DNA from: Candidatus Binatia bacterium
Lineage (GTDB): Bacteria > Desulfobacterota > Binatia > UBA9968 > CAXXLF01
Direction of reading: 5' to 3'
DNA length: 64,000 bases
Assembly (NCBI GenBank): GCA_963664015.2
Contig: CAXXLF010000001.1
Span: forward strand, 288,001-352,000
Below are positions 42,127 to 52,300 of this stretch, piece after piece. Below the pieces are notes generated by a model that was not told the DNA's origin, searched no databases, and saw only the letters and a list, made by a program, of their open reading frames with translations. Both the position numbers and the translations under genes were made by a program. Numbering within the stretch: the first letter of the stretch is position 1; each line of letters starts with the position of its first letter.

Positions 42127-43251
42127 GTGAAAAGTCATCGTTACGCGGTAATCATGGCAGGGGGACAAGGCACCCGTTTCTGGCCGATTAGCCGCTCTAC
42201 TCGTCCAAAACCCCTCTTAAAATTCCTCGACAGCAAGAGCCTCATCAAGACTACCGTAGACCGGATCGCCCCGTTGGTCGGCGCCGATCACATCCTGATT
42301 GTCACCGTAAGTGAACAATTCAGAGCCCTCCGTCGTGAAATCAAGTCCGTACCCAGTCGGAATTTCATCCTAGAGCCCTACGGGCGGAATACGGCCCCGT
42401 GTATTGGCCTGGCGGCCACCGAACTCATCAGTCGGGATGCTCAGGCCATCATGATTGTTTTGCCTGCAGACCACTGGATCTCGGATCCGGGCTCCTTTCG
42501 TAGGACCCTTGCGGCCTGCTGCAAGATTGTGGACCGAACCCACCGCTTATTGACCATCGGCATAAAGCCCCGATACCCCGAAACCGGATACGGCTACATC
42601 ATCAAGGGCAAAGCGGTTCGTGGGGACAATCGACTGGGAGCCCATAGTGTCAAGGCATTTAAAGAAAAACCGAGCCTAAAAACTGCACAGCGTTTAATAC
42701 GCACCGGCTCTCTATGGAACAGCGGGGTCTTTGTTTGGGAGGCTGCCACAATCCTCTCCATGATAAAAACATATACCCCTGGGATTTACCGTAGCCTCAA
42801 CGGGATCCAAAGTAAGATCGGGGCGAAACATCTCACGAGTACTGCAGCTGAAGTGCGAAACATCCTTCAGCGGGAATATAAAAAAATGCCCGACTTATCC
42901 ATAGACCAGGGGGTTCTCCAAAAGGCCAGTTCCGCGGCAAAGGTAATAACCGTCCAGGGAAAATTTGCTTGGAGCGATATCGGCAGCTGGACCAGCCTGC
43001 ATCAGTTGCTTCCTCACGACCGACAAGGAAATGCCGCCTTGGGTCAGTGGCTGGGGATTGACTCCAGCGGATGTCTCGTCCATGGCGGTGATCGTTTAGT
43101 CGTACTGTTGGGCATGCGCGACACGATGGTGGTAGACACGCGGGATGCGATCTTGGTTGGCGATCTGAATCGTGTCCAGGAAATGCGGCGAGTCGTTAAA
43201 GAACTGGAGCTATCGGGCCATGGAAAGCTGCTCAGAGAATTTTCTCGATAA
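42127..43251 (+). CDS. manC: Mannose-1-phosphate guanylyltransferase
   Basis: VIMAGGQGTRFWPISR, EPYGRNTAP, LPADH, PETGYGYI, FKEKP, WSDIGSW; likely GTG at 42127. Confidence 0.92.
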   Translation: MKSHRYAVIMAGGQGTRFWPISRSTRPKPLLKFLDSKSLIKTTVDRIAPLVGADHILIVTVSEQFRALRREIKSVPSRNFILEPYGRNTAPCIGLAATELISRDAQAIMIVLPADHWISDPGSFRRTLAACCKIVDRTHRLLTIGIKPRYPETGYGYIIKGKAVRGDNRLGAHSVKAFKEKPSLKTAQRLIRTGSLWNSGVFVWEAATILSMIKTYTPGIYRSLNGIQSKIGAKHLTSTAAEVRNILQREYKKMPDLSIDQGVLQKASSAAKVITVQGKFAWSDIGSWTSLHQLLPHDRQGNAALGQWLGIDSSGCLVHGGDRLVVLLGMRDTMVVDTRDAILVGDLNRVQEMRRVVKELELSGHGKLLREFSR

Positions 43252-43948
43252 ACCAGCCGAGACCAAAACCCACCAGTGCCGCCAGCACTCCAAAGCCGGT
43301 CATCTCGACCCCGGAACAAATGGGGTTGCCCCGGGTTAACCGGGTCTTGGCAACTCCGGCGGCAAAAAGGAAGACCACAGAAAAGATAACCGCCGCCCAC
43401 ATGGCATGGATGGGGTTACTAATAAAGAAATAGGGAAGGAGCGGTGGCAGTGATCCTCCTAGGAACGAGATACCCATGGTCAGGGCCACTTTGATCGGTT
43501 CGTCAAGGTGCTCGTCGATCAGACCAAGCTCTTCCCGTTTCATGATCCGGAGCATGAGCTCTTTATCCTGCATGGCCCGGTTTACGATCACCTCCTGCTC
43601 CGCCTTATTGAAACCTAGGTCGTGATAGATGTCGCGTAGCTCCTCAGCTTCTTTTTCCGGGGTTCGTTCAATTTCCCACCTTTCCAGCTCGACCTCGGAA
43701 TGAAAAAATTCCCGTTGTGATTTGGTGGACACGTAGGCTCCAGTAGCCATGGAAATGGCGCCCGCCACGACTTCCGCTATCGCAGCTAAAAGGACCAGAC
43801 GATGCTCCGATAGGGAGATGGTGACTCCGGCTAGAAAACCCACGGTCGTAACCAAACCGTCATTCATCCCAAAGATAACCTCGCGGATCGCTCTACCTTT
43901 GGGAGTATGCCAGTCCTCGTGTCGATCCGGTCGACTCGGTGTTGCCAT
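43232..43948 (-). CDS. VIT1/CCC1 iron/manganese transporter
   Basis: IREVIFGMNDGLV, AGAISMATGAYVS, EELGL, GSLPPLLPY. Confidence 0.92.
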   Translation of the reverse strand: MATPSRPDRHEDWHTPKGRAIREVIFGMNDGLVTTVGFLAGVTISLSEHRLVLLAAIAEVVAGAISMATGAYVSTKSQREFFHSEVELERWEIERTPEKEAEELRDIYHDLGFNKAEQEVIVNRAMQDKELMLRIMKREELGLIDEHLDEPIKVALTMGISFLGGSLPPLLPYFFISNPIHAMWAAVIFSVVFLFAAGVAKTRLTRGNPICSGVEMTGFGVLAALVGFGLGWFIEKIL

Positions 43949-44042
43949 GGTTTTTCAAAATATCACTTCCAAGGGGGAAAGCCAACGATCGCCGGGTTTG
44001 ACAACCACTCTATAGTCTTCTATTTTTGCAGCCCGACGAATC

Positions 44043-44879
44043 ATGAATGACACTTTCTCTAAAAACTTATCCAGAGGCCCTTTGCGCGAAGACGAAGCGG
44101 TGATATTCCGTGACCGAAAGGAAAGGGAGTATCTCAAAAGGCTCCGCACGGGACGTGAAATATCGATCCGCAACGGCAGGATTCCGGTAGAGGATCTAAT
44201 CGGCCGCGAAGAAGGGAGTCTGGTGCGCTCCTCAATGAACGAGCCGTTTCTCGTCCTGCGCCCGACAATGGCCCAGCTCATTCCCAGCCTACCCCGTAAA
44301 GCACAGGTCATCTATCCCAAGGATATTGCACTCATTTTGATTTGGGCTGATATCTTCCCAGGCGCTAAAGTCGTTGAGGCGGGAGTGGGCCCGGGCGCAT
44401 TGACCCTGGCCCTACTCAGGGCTGTCGGCCCCACCGGACAGGTGACCTCGTATGAGATCCGAGAGGATTTCGCACAGATGGGCCAGGATAACATCGCCGC
44501 ATACTATGGCCCCGCCCCCAATTGGACGGTGAAGGTCAAGGACATTACCACTGAGCTAGATGAAACCAACGTAGATCGAATCGTTCTCGACCTGCCCAAT
44601 CCCTGGGATGTCACGGAAAAGGCGTGGCAGGCCCTGTGTCCGGGAGGGATCTGCATGAGTTATCTGCCAACGGTCCTGCAGATCAAAGGCTGGGTGGACT
44701 CCTTAAAGGAACATGGCGGCTTTGCCTGCATAGAAACCATGGAAACCCTTATCCGCTTCTGGCATATCAAGGACTTGAGTGCCAGGCCCGAGCACCGCAT
44801 GATTGGGCACACCGGGTTTATCACGGTGGCCAGACGCCTCAAGGAAATCCAGACACGGGACGGGATACGAATCAGTTAG
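44043..44879 (+). CDS. trmI: tRNA (adenine-N1)-methyltransferase (m1A58, TrmI/GCD14 family)
   Basis: AQVIYPKD, VVEAGVGPGALT, SYEIREDF, LDLPNPW, RPEHRMIGHTGF. Confidence 0.92.
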   Translation: MNDTFSKNLSRGPLREDEAVIFRDRKEREYLKRLRTGREISIRNGRIPVEDLIGREEGSLVRSSMNEPFLVLRPTMAQLIPSLPRKAQVIYPKDIALILIWADIFPGAKVVEAGVGPGALTLALLRAVGPTGQVTSYEIREDFAQMGQDNIAAYYGPAPNWTVKVKDITTELDETNVDRIVLDLPNPWDVTEKAWQALCPGGICMSYLPTVLQIKGWVDSLKEHGGFACIETMETLIRFWHIKDLSARPEHRMIGHTGFITVARRLKEIQTRDGIRIS

Positions 44880-44910
44880 AACCATATCGCTCCTACTACG
44901 ACATTGCCTT

Positions 44911-47421
44911 CTACGGGGAGAATTCCAATCCGGTTCCCCCCACGGGCGCTCCCAATTGAGCCCCCGGCATTGCATAGGGCAATCCGACGGGGATCAGCAG
45001 TTTGAACGCGCTTCCACGTCCCGGTTCACTTTCCACTCCAATCCTTCCTCCTAAAGACTGGGCTATTTTTTTTCAAAGGCTGATTCCCAGGCCCGTTCCA
45101 CCGTATTGACGGGTCGAAGAACCGTCCAATTGGCGAAACTCCTCAAAGATAACCTCCTGGTCCTTTGGGCTCATACCGATGCCCGTTTCCGTCACGACTA
45201 ATTCCGCTGCCTTGCCTGCCCCTCCGCCAATGGATCGTCCCTCCAATCCAATCTCTCCTCGATGGGTAAACTTCAATGCATTGGTCAACAGATGATTCAA
45301 GATCTGTTGGACTGTTTTCCCATCAACACGAATGGTCGTAAACGACGGTTCAACCTCCGAGCGGAATATAATGGGTCGATCCTTTAATAAACGCCGAGTC
45401 ATGACCTCCAGAGACTGAAAAAGCTCGCCCACGTTTACCTCTTGGACACTGGGAGACATACTCCCGGCCTCAATACGAGAAAATTCCAGGATTCCATCCA
45501 TGAGTTGAGACAGATCCCTGCCATTAGTCACGATACGTTCCAAAATGGTTCGGTTATCACCGGCGAAACCCGGATTTGACAGGACCTCCGCATAACCCAG
45601 AATGGAACTTACCGGAGTGAGAAATTCATGGGAAATGTTAGCAACAAAATGTTTTTGCTTCTGGTCCATTTGAACGAGTTTCCGATTCGTCTCAGCGGAA
45701 TCATTATACAGACGCTGGTACTTTTCCTTATCTTTCTCAGATTCCTCATAGAGGACTCCGTTTTTGACGGCGAGGGCAAGCTGAACGGCGAGATTGGACA
45801 GGATCCTGAAATCATCCGCACTATAGTTACGTCCCGATCTCTTTTTACCGAGACAAATACAACCGAGGAGCCTTTCTTCAAAAATCATAGGGATTAGCAA
45901 CTCCACGTCCAATTCGTTAAATATCCGCATGTACTGAGAACGACCCATCTGAAACCCTGGATCCGATTCGACCTCGTCTCTCGATATGCCCTTTTTCCGG
46001 GCCTCTAACCTACCGATCCACTATGACAGCAGATATCCGGCGGCCTGTAGGTAACTTCCCTGCTCAGAGGAAACAACAAAATACTCCTCCCCTTCCCGCG
46101 GTCGATAAAAGAGATAAACACTGTCGATGCCGACTTGACGACTCAGAAAACCCATGGATTAACTCCCAATAGTCTGCGGTTTCAATAAAGTTCGTAACAG
46201 AACGCTAATCTACACTTGCAACTGAGCCGGATCATATTCGCGGCGGTATGCATACCGGCTAACAACGTCCTCGATCCAACGCAGCAAGGGATTAAACAGA
46301 AGGGCAACCAAAAGAGAAAACAGAAGTGGCAGCAGAGGGTCGTTATGGTAGATCCAAATGGAATACCCAGCACAAACACCACCGCCACATAGATCAGTAG
46401 CAACAGTGCGGTGAGCCCACCTCGGGTCAGCCCAACGTTCAGAATCGCATCCATATCGAAGAGATTGTATTGCAGTAGAGCATACGTAATGGAGAACGGA
46501 AAGAAGACCGCCGCAAGTAAGAGGGCGTTATGGGGGATACCCCAATCAAAGGAGCTGGCCAGGACCGTTCCCAAGGTAGGGATCAAAAATCCTAACACCG
46601 ATCCGACCATCACCACCCGAAGCCGTAACGCTACCTACCCCATGAAAGCCAGGGCAGCCAAAAGGCAGTAAATGTAACTGATTTGCAGCACAGCCTGCCA
46701 GGATTCGGGGCGGCTGTAAAAGCTCAAGCTGTAAGCCACGCAAAGCAGAATCGATATACCGTAAATGACAAGGAGGGAGAAACGATGGGCCCGTTTGCTA
46801 CGAAACAACCTGGAAGAAAAAGAAAGGCTCAGGTGAATACCCGCGCTCGGGGTCATGGCAAAGGCAAGGGCTCTGAACTCCTTGGGGAGGGATTGGGTCG
46901 TCATAAAGGCAAGGTCGTACCGAACCATATGAACACCGCACTGAGCATCAACAGGAGCGGAACCGCGGAGGGCGAAGTGGATCGAAGATAGAAGGGGTAA
47001 AACCAATAGCGAGGAAGCTCAGTCCGGTGAGGAGGTAAATCCCGTAGGTTAAAAACCAATCCTGAAAGGAAAAGTCAAGGGACGGAATGGCAAGAAGAAG
47101 CCGTTTTCCACCTCTTTCCACCGTATACCGGAACGTCGTATCAGCTGGAAGAGATCGGACCCATTAATAAATCTCACAGGGTTGGCCGACCGCCTTACCG
47201 TCGATGGCGATGACACGATCCAGAAATTGGAGTCCCGATTTTCTCCCGGTTCATCCCGGGAGAAAGTCAGGACTGATGGCCAGGTTGCTGTAAAGGGAAA
47301 CCCCCGGGAACGGTTGGTTCATCCATCGAGAGGAAGAAACTAGATTTCCGGCAACGACTAAAACGGCCAGCATCCCCACTAACCCCACCAAGAGTCTCCG
47401 TTGCCATGGCCTAAGGTTCAT
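44911..47421 (-). pseudogene. Membrane sensor histidine kinase pseudogene (PDZ-like + multi-TM + GAF + HisKA + HATPase)
   Basis: ATG 47421 after AAGGAGG; GLQFLDRVIAIDGK (PDZ-like, frameshifted); TM fragments 46182-47006; LGKKRSGRNYS (GAF); NISHEFLTP; in-frame TGA at 45073-45075 in GISL*KKIAQSLGGRIGVESEPGRGS; true stop at 44911. Confidence 0.85.
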
Positions 47422-47437
47422 ACGTCAACCTCCTTTG

Positions 47438-47526
47438 GTGAAGCCCACGGTCTTACAGCGCTGGCCCTTACTTGACTTCGGCCAAACCCGCAGAAACATC
47501 CCCTCCTTCGCCAAAGCTACGGAGGG
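47438..47526. repeat. REP-like palindromic motifs shared with 38878-38960
   Basis: GCCCACGGTCTT (compare GCCCATGGTCTT at ~38936) and CCCTCCTTCGCCAAAGCTACGGAGGG (compare CCCTCCTTCGCTCGTTGAGCTTCGGAGGG at ~38877). Confidence 0.6.
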
Positions 47527-47582
47527 TTACCAGGCTCGCAATTATCCACCGAATTTCATCCGTATCTTTTGCAGCGGCGGGC

Positions 47583-47622
47583 AAAAAAAGGCCCCCTGGT
47601 ATGGTCACTACCAGGAGGCCTT
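47583..47622 (-). terminator. Rho-independent terminator after the nucleotide-sugar dehydrogenase
   Basis: Minus strand AAGGCCTCCTGGTA-loop-TACCAGGGGGCC followed by T7. Confidence 0.8.
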
Positions 47623-47669
47623 ATCAAGACGCCAAGCCCTATGTCAAGAGGTTGCAGAGCTCGCTGTAG

Positions 47670-48959
47670 CTACAACCTCACAATGTTATCGGATTTTATT
47701 CCACGGGTTAGATTGCGCGCATCGATGACTAGACGGGCCGCATCGACAATCTTCCGAGGGTTGAAAGAGCCATGATCCGCTAATATCACTACCGCATCGT
47801 AGCCTGCAAGGGAGCCGGAATCCATGGGCCCGCTCGAAAGGGCGCGCCCATCGCAGACAAGGTCGCGCACATAGGGGTCATGGTACGAGACATCCCCCCC
47901 CTTTCTGAGCAAGAGCTCCATCACGTCCAGGGCGGGGGACTCTCGGACATCACTGGTATCCTTTTTATAGCTTACACCGAGGACTAAAATTTTGGACCCA
48001 TTGACACTCTTACGCTTACCGTTGAGTGCCTCCACCACCTTGTCGACTACAAAGTGAGGCATCTCCCGATTGATCTGGTCGGCAAGCTCTACAAATCGGG
48101 CCTTGTAGGACAAATGCTTGAGCTTCCATGATAGGTACTGGGGATCCACCGGGATGCAGTGCCCTCCCAATCCCGGACCTGGGAAAAAGGGCATAAACCC
48201 AAAAGGCTTGCTCGTAGCCGCCTCGATCACCTCCCAGACATCCAATCCGAGCCGATCACACATCATGGCGAACTCGTTTACCAGGGCGATGTTGACGCTT
48301 CGAAATATGTTCTCCAGGAGCTTGACCACCTCTGCCGAGTCCGTGCTGCTGACAGGAACGACCCGATCGACGATCTTACTATAGAGCTCCCGGATCAGGT
48401 TAAGACAGGAATCCGTGACACCGGCCACGACTTTCGGGGTGTTGCCCAGGTGGTAGGTTGGATTCCCCGGATCGATCCGCTCAGGGGAATAACCGAGAAA
48501 AAAGTCCCGCCCCACCTTGAGCCCGGTTTCCTCGAACACCGGCAGCAAAAGCTCACGGGTAGTACCTGGATAGGTGGTGCTCTCGAGGACGATCAGCTGG
48601 CCGGCCTTTAGATGCTCGACAATGACACGTGCCGCATCAATGACAAAGGAGAGATCGGGGTCCCTCGTTTTACTCAGAGGTGTCGGTACGCAAATAATCG
48701 CGGCGTCGGCTTTTTTGAGAAGAGAAAAGTCCGTCGAATATCGTATTGAGCCAATGGCACCCTTCTTCCCGCTCCAAGTTCCCACATCGGCTTGCTTGAG
48801 GGTGGCCACTTTATTTTCATCGACATCCAGCCCCAACACCGAAAAGCCCACCTCGGCAAACCGCTGTACCACCGAGTGCCCGACGTATCCCAAACCCAGG
48901 ACCGCCACGGTCGCAGTCTTCTTCTGAATCTTTGCTAGCAGTCCTCTTTCTTTACTCAC
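47670..48959 (-). CDS. Nucleotide-sugar dehydrogenase (UDP-GlcNAc 6-dehydrogenase, WbpA/WecC-like)
   Basis: GLGYVG, ICVPTP, LESTTYPGTT, SPERIDPGN, GPGLGGHCIPVDP, DVRESP. Confidence 0.93.
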   Translation of the reverse strand: MSKERGLLAKIQKKTATVAVLGLGYVGHSVVQRFAEVGFSVLGLDVDENKVATLKQADVGTWSGKKGAIGSIRYSTDFSLLKKADAAIICVPTPLSKTRDPDLSFVIDAARVIVEHLKAGQLIVLESTTYPGTTRELLLPVFEETGLKVGRDFFLGYSPERIDPGNPTYHLGNTPKVVAGVTDSCLNLIRELYSKIVDRVVPVSSTDSAEVVKLLENIFRSVNIALVNEFAMMCDRLGLDVWEVIEAATSKPFGFMPFFPGPGLGGHCIPVDPQYLSWKLKHLSYKARFVELADQINREMPHFVVDKVVEALNGKRKSVNGSKILVLGVSYKKDTSDVRESPALDVMELLLRKGGDVSYHDPYVRDLVCDGRALSSGPMDSGSLAGYDAVVILADHGSFNPRKIVDAARLVIDARNLTRGIKSDNIVRL

Positions 48960-48998
48960 CAACTCCCCCCTTCTCCAACTTAACACTCAGGGAAAGAT

Positions 48999-49220
48999 TC
49001 ATGCTTGAAACTCCCTGACCACGAGACAGTCGTTGTGGCTGCCGAAGCCAAGGGAATTCGACAGGGTGACCCGGAGGTCGGCCTCTCTCGACTGGTTAGG
49101 AACGTAATCGAGGTCGCATTCCGAATCAGCGGATTCAAAGTTAATGGTTGGTGGAATTACTTGATCTCTTAGAGCCAACACACCGGTAATCGTCTCGATG
49201 GCTCCGCCGGCGGATATGGA
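48999..49220 (-). pseudogene. C-terminal fragment of beta-ketoacyl-ACP synthase II (FabF-like)
   Basis: AGGAIE...IPPTINF...CDLDYVPN...LSNSLGFGSHN; the first ~330 aa, including the catalytic Cys, are absent. Confidence 0.82.
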
Positions 49221-49317
49221 TGTAATCAACGTCCTTCGTATCTCGCATTTCGGATCGGGGTGTAAAGCCTTCACCACTAGGGGGTCATTAAGAATAAGGA
49301 GTAAACCGGCTGGGACT

Positions 49318-52300
49318 CTAAGGCAAGCATTCGACTTTCGAAGAATGGATAGCTTGCAGGCCCTTGTCCAGTTGCTCTGCGATGGTATTCACGCGAGGTG
49401 GATACATCACCGCGTAGTGGCCCCCTTCAATGGTTTCTTCCACTACCATACCGCTAGTATACATATCCCAGTTTTTATCTGAGTGCTTTATTCCATCCGA
49501 TCTGTCCCTAGCCCACCATATGAAAATAGGGGCACGGATCATTTCGGGTTTGAAGTTTTCGATCAGACTAATATGGAGCTCGATACGCGAAACCTGCTCC
49601 TTCAAGAGATCGGCGGGAATATCTCTCCGGACGTATTTTTGCTTAGTGAGCCAATCGATGACCGCATCGACTCTTCCATCTCCGGAAGAGGACAGCAATT
49701 CCTTAGATAGACTTGTTGTCTCTTTCGCCAATTGTTCCGCCGGCACAATCTCTAAGATACCAAGCTCCTTAGAGAGAAAACTATACATATCCGCTATACG
49801 GTTTTGCAGAATAATGTGCCTAGGGAACAAGGGATCGGCCCAGTGTACATCACAATCCACCAGCCCAACGAGTGCAACGTCTTGACCTTGCAACTCCAAA
49901 ACCCTCGCAATGCTCATGGCAAGAAACCCGCCAAGAGAAAAACCAAACAGACAATAGGGCCCGTTGGGCTGCTGCTCGCGTATGACCTTGGCACATTCGA
50001 TTGCCTTGCTCTCCATGGACCTGTCCTCAGCCGGATCAAACAAATGGCTGGATTGAACTCCATACCCGGGCTGTTCTGCAGGAAGCAGGTCGATGAGGTT
50101 TTTGTAAATATCGATTTGGCCTCCCGCCGGATGAATGCAGAATAAAGGCGGCCGTGTTCCATGGGTACGTAAAGGGACCAAGCACTCCCTGGACCGACCG
50201 TTTTGGGGCCGCCAGCCTTGGGATATTTCCACCGTAGGGATGTCAGCAGGGATAGAGTCGCGGCCTCCAAGCTCATTGAGCACTACCGTTGACAGCCTGT
50301 TGATACTTGCTGGACCTTGCATGAGTTTACCCGCCGGCAAAGACAAGGCCAGATCGTTTTCAACCCGGTGTTGCAATTGCACCGCCATCAAGGAATCGAG
50401 CCCCAGTTCATTAAGAGGCTGATCGAAATCGAGTTTGACAGAGGTCCCCAAAACACCTGCCACCTGTTCACAAATGTAGGTCTGGACAAGCTCCCTACGT
50501 TCTTCCGGTTTCGCTTGCATAAGTGCTTCTCGAATGCCGCTTTCCTCCTCTCCCATTTGTTGTTCCATATTTTGACCCATCAGGGACGACAGCCGTTGAG
50601 ATCCTTGTGCCTTGGACGCAAGGCCTGCCAACTTTTTCCAATCCAATCGCATAACTCCCATCTGGACTGGGTTCTCCTTAAGTATGCGACCGAGGGCTTT
50701 CATCGCCTGATTGGGAGGGAATCCAAGGATTCCTCTACGAGTTAGGTGTTCGGATACGTCCTGATGTCGGGAAACATAACCAACTTCCGTCAGATGGCCC
50801 CAATTAATAGAAACTGCCGGTAAACCAAGGGACCGACGGTGATGGGCGAGGGCATCGAGAAACAGATTGGCGGCAACGTAATTTCCCTGTCCTGGATTTC
50901 CAAACAACGAAACCACTGAACTAAAAAGCACAAAGAAGTCCAGATCTTTATTCAAGGACTGGGAGTGTAAATTCCAGGCCCCTTCCACCTTGGGGGCCAT
51001 CACTTTCCTGAACCTATCCTGGTCCAGCTGGATCAAGACACCGTCGTCCAGCACCATGGCAGCATGAAAAATCCCTTTCAACGGCGGCATAGTCCTATCG
51101 ATTTGGGTAAGGATATCCGCCACTTGCTCAACGCTGGTAACATCCGCCTTGGTCACTACAATTCGTGCCCCTGTACTTTGCAAGCTCTCCAGAGCATTTT
51201 TTGTTTCTTCAGACTCAGCCCCGTGTCTCCCTACCAGGACAACGTTTTGCCCCCCATTTTCTACGATCCATTTGGCAACGGCCAGGCCGAACCCACCCAA
51301 CCCGCCGGTAATCAGATAACTAGCATCGGGGCGAAATGCAATGGCATCTTCCCCCAGTGGTTCAACCAAGACGCCCTCATCTTGCATTGAAATCACGATC
51401 TTTCCGCTATGCTTGGCCTGAGCCATGTACCGGAAAGCGTCCACGATCCGCGATGCGGGGTACACCCTATGGGGCAGAGGATGAAGTACCTTACCTTCAA
51501 TCTGCTGATACAACTCCGTAAGTATTGATCTGATCAAGAGGGGTTTGTCGGCCAAAAGCCGGCTCAGGTCAATGGCAAAGAACGAAAGATTCTTTCGAAA
51601 TGCCCTAAGTCCCAACTTGCTATTCTGATAGATGTCACGCTTCCCAAGCTCAAGGAAACGTCCGTAGGGAGCCAGACACGAAACTCCTTTCGCGATGGCC
51701 TTTCCCGCCAACGAATTAAGAACCACATCAACACCCCGACCGCCGGTAATCTCTAAAATCTCATCCGCAAACGACAACGACCGGGAGTCCATGACATGTT
51801 GCACTCCCATGAATCTTAGCAGTTCCCGCTTTTCCGGGCTGCCTGCTGTTGCAAAGACCTCTGCACCCGCTTGCCGGGCGATCTGCAATGCAGCGAGTCC
51901 GACACCGCCCGCTGCTGAATGGATAAGAACGCGTTCGCCTGCAGTGATCTGCGCGAGGTGATGCAAGGAGTAGTAAGCCGTGAGAAAGGCTATAGGGAAC
52001 GTCACTGCCTCTTCAAAGCTCAAATGTTCGGGCTTGCGGACAACGAATTCCGCCAAGGTCCTTGCATAAGAGCCGAAGCTCCCTGGAGCGATAGCGATCA
52101 CTTCATCACCTACCTTGAAGTCTTCCACACCCTCACCAAGCGCCACGACCCTTCCGGCGCACTCGTCGCCGAGCATCATGTAATCATCGCCATCCGTCGG
52201 ATAGAGACCCAAGGCCTTCATGACGTCGCGAAAGTTAAGCGCAGCGGCAAAGACCTCGATCTCGACTTGTCCATGGTCGACCTGGTAACGTTTGGTTTCG

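Noticed and set aside
45073-45075. Selenocysteine at the TGA that replaces a probable Cys in the kinase
   Set aside because: The position is non-catalytic, no convincing SECIS is visible, and the gene has several other frameshifts.
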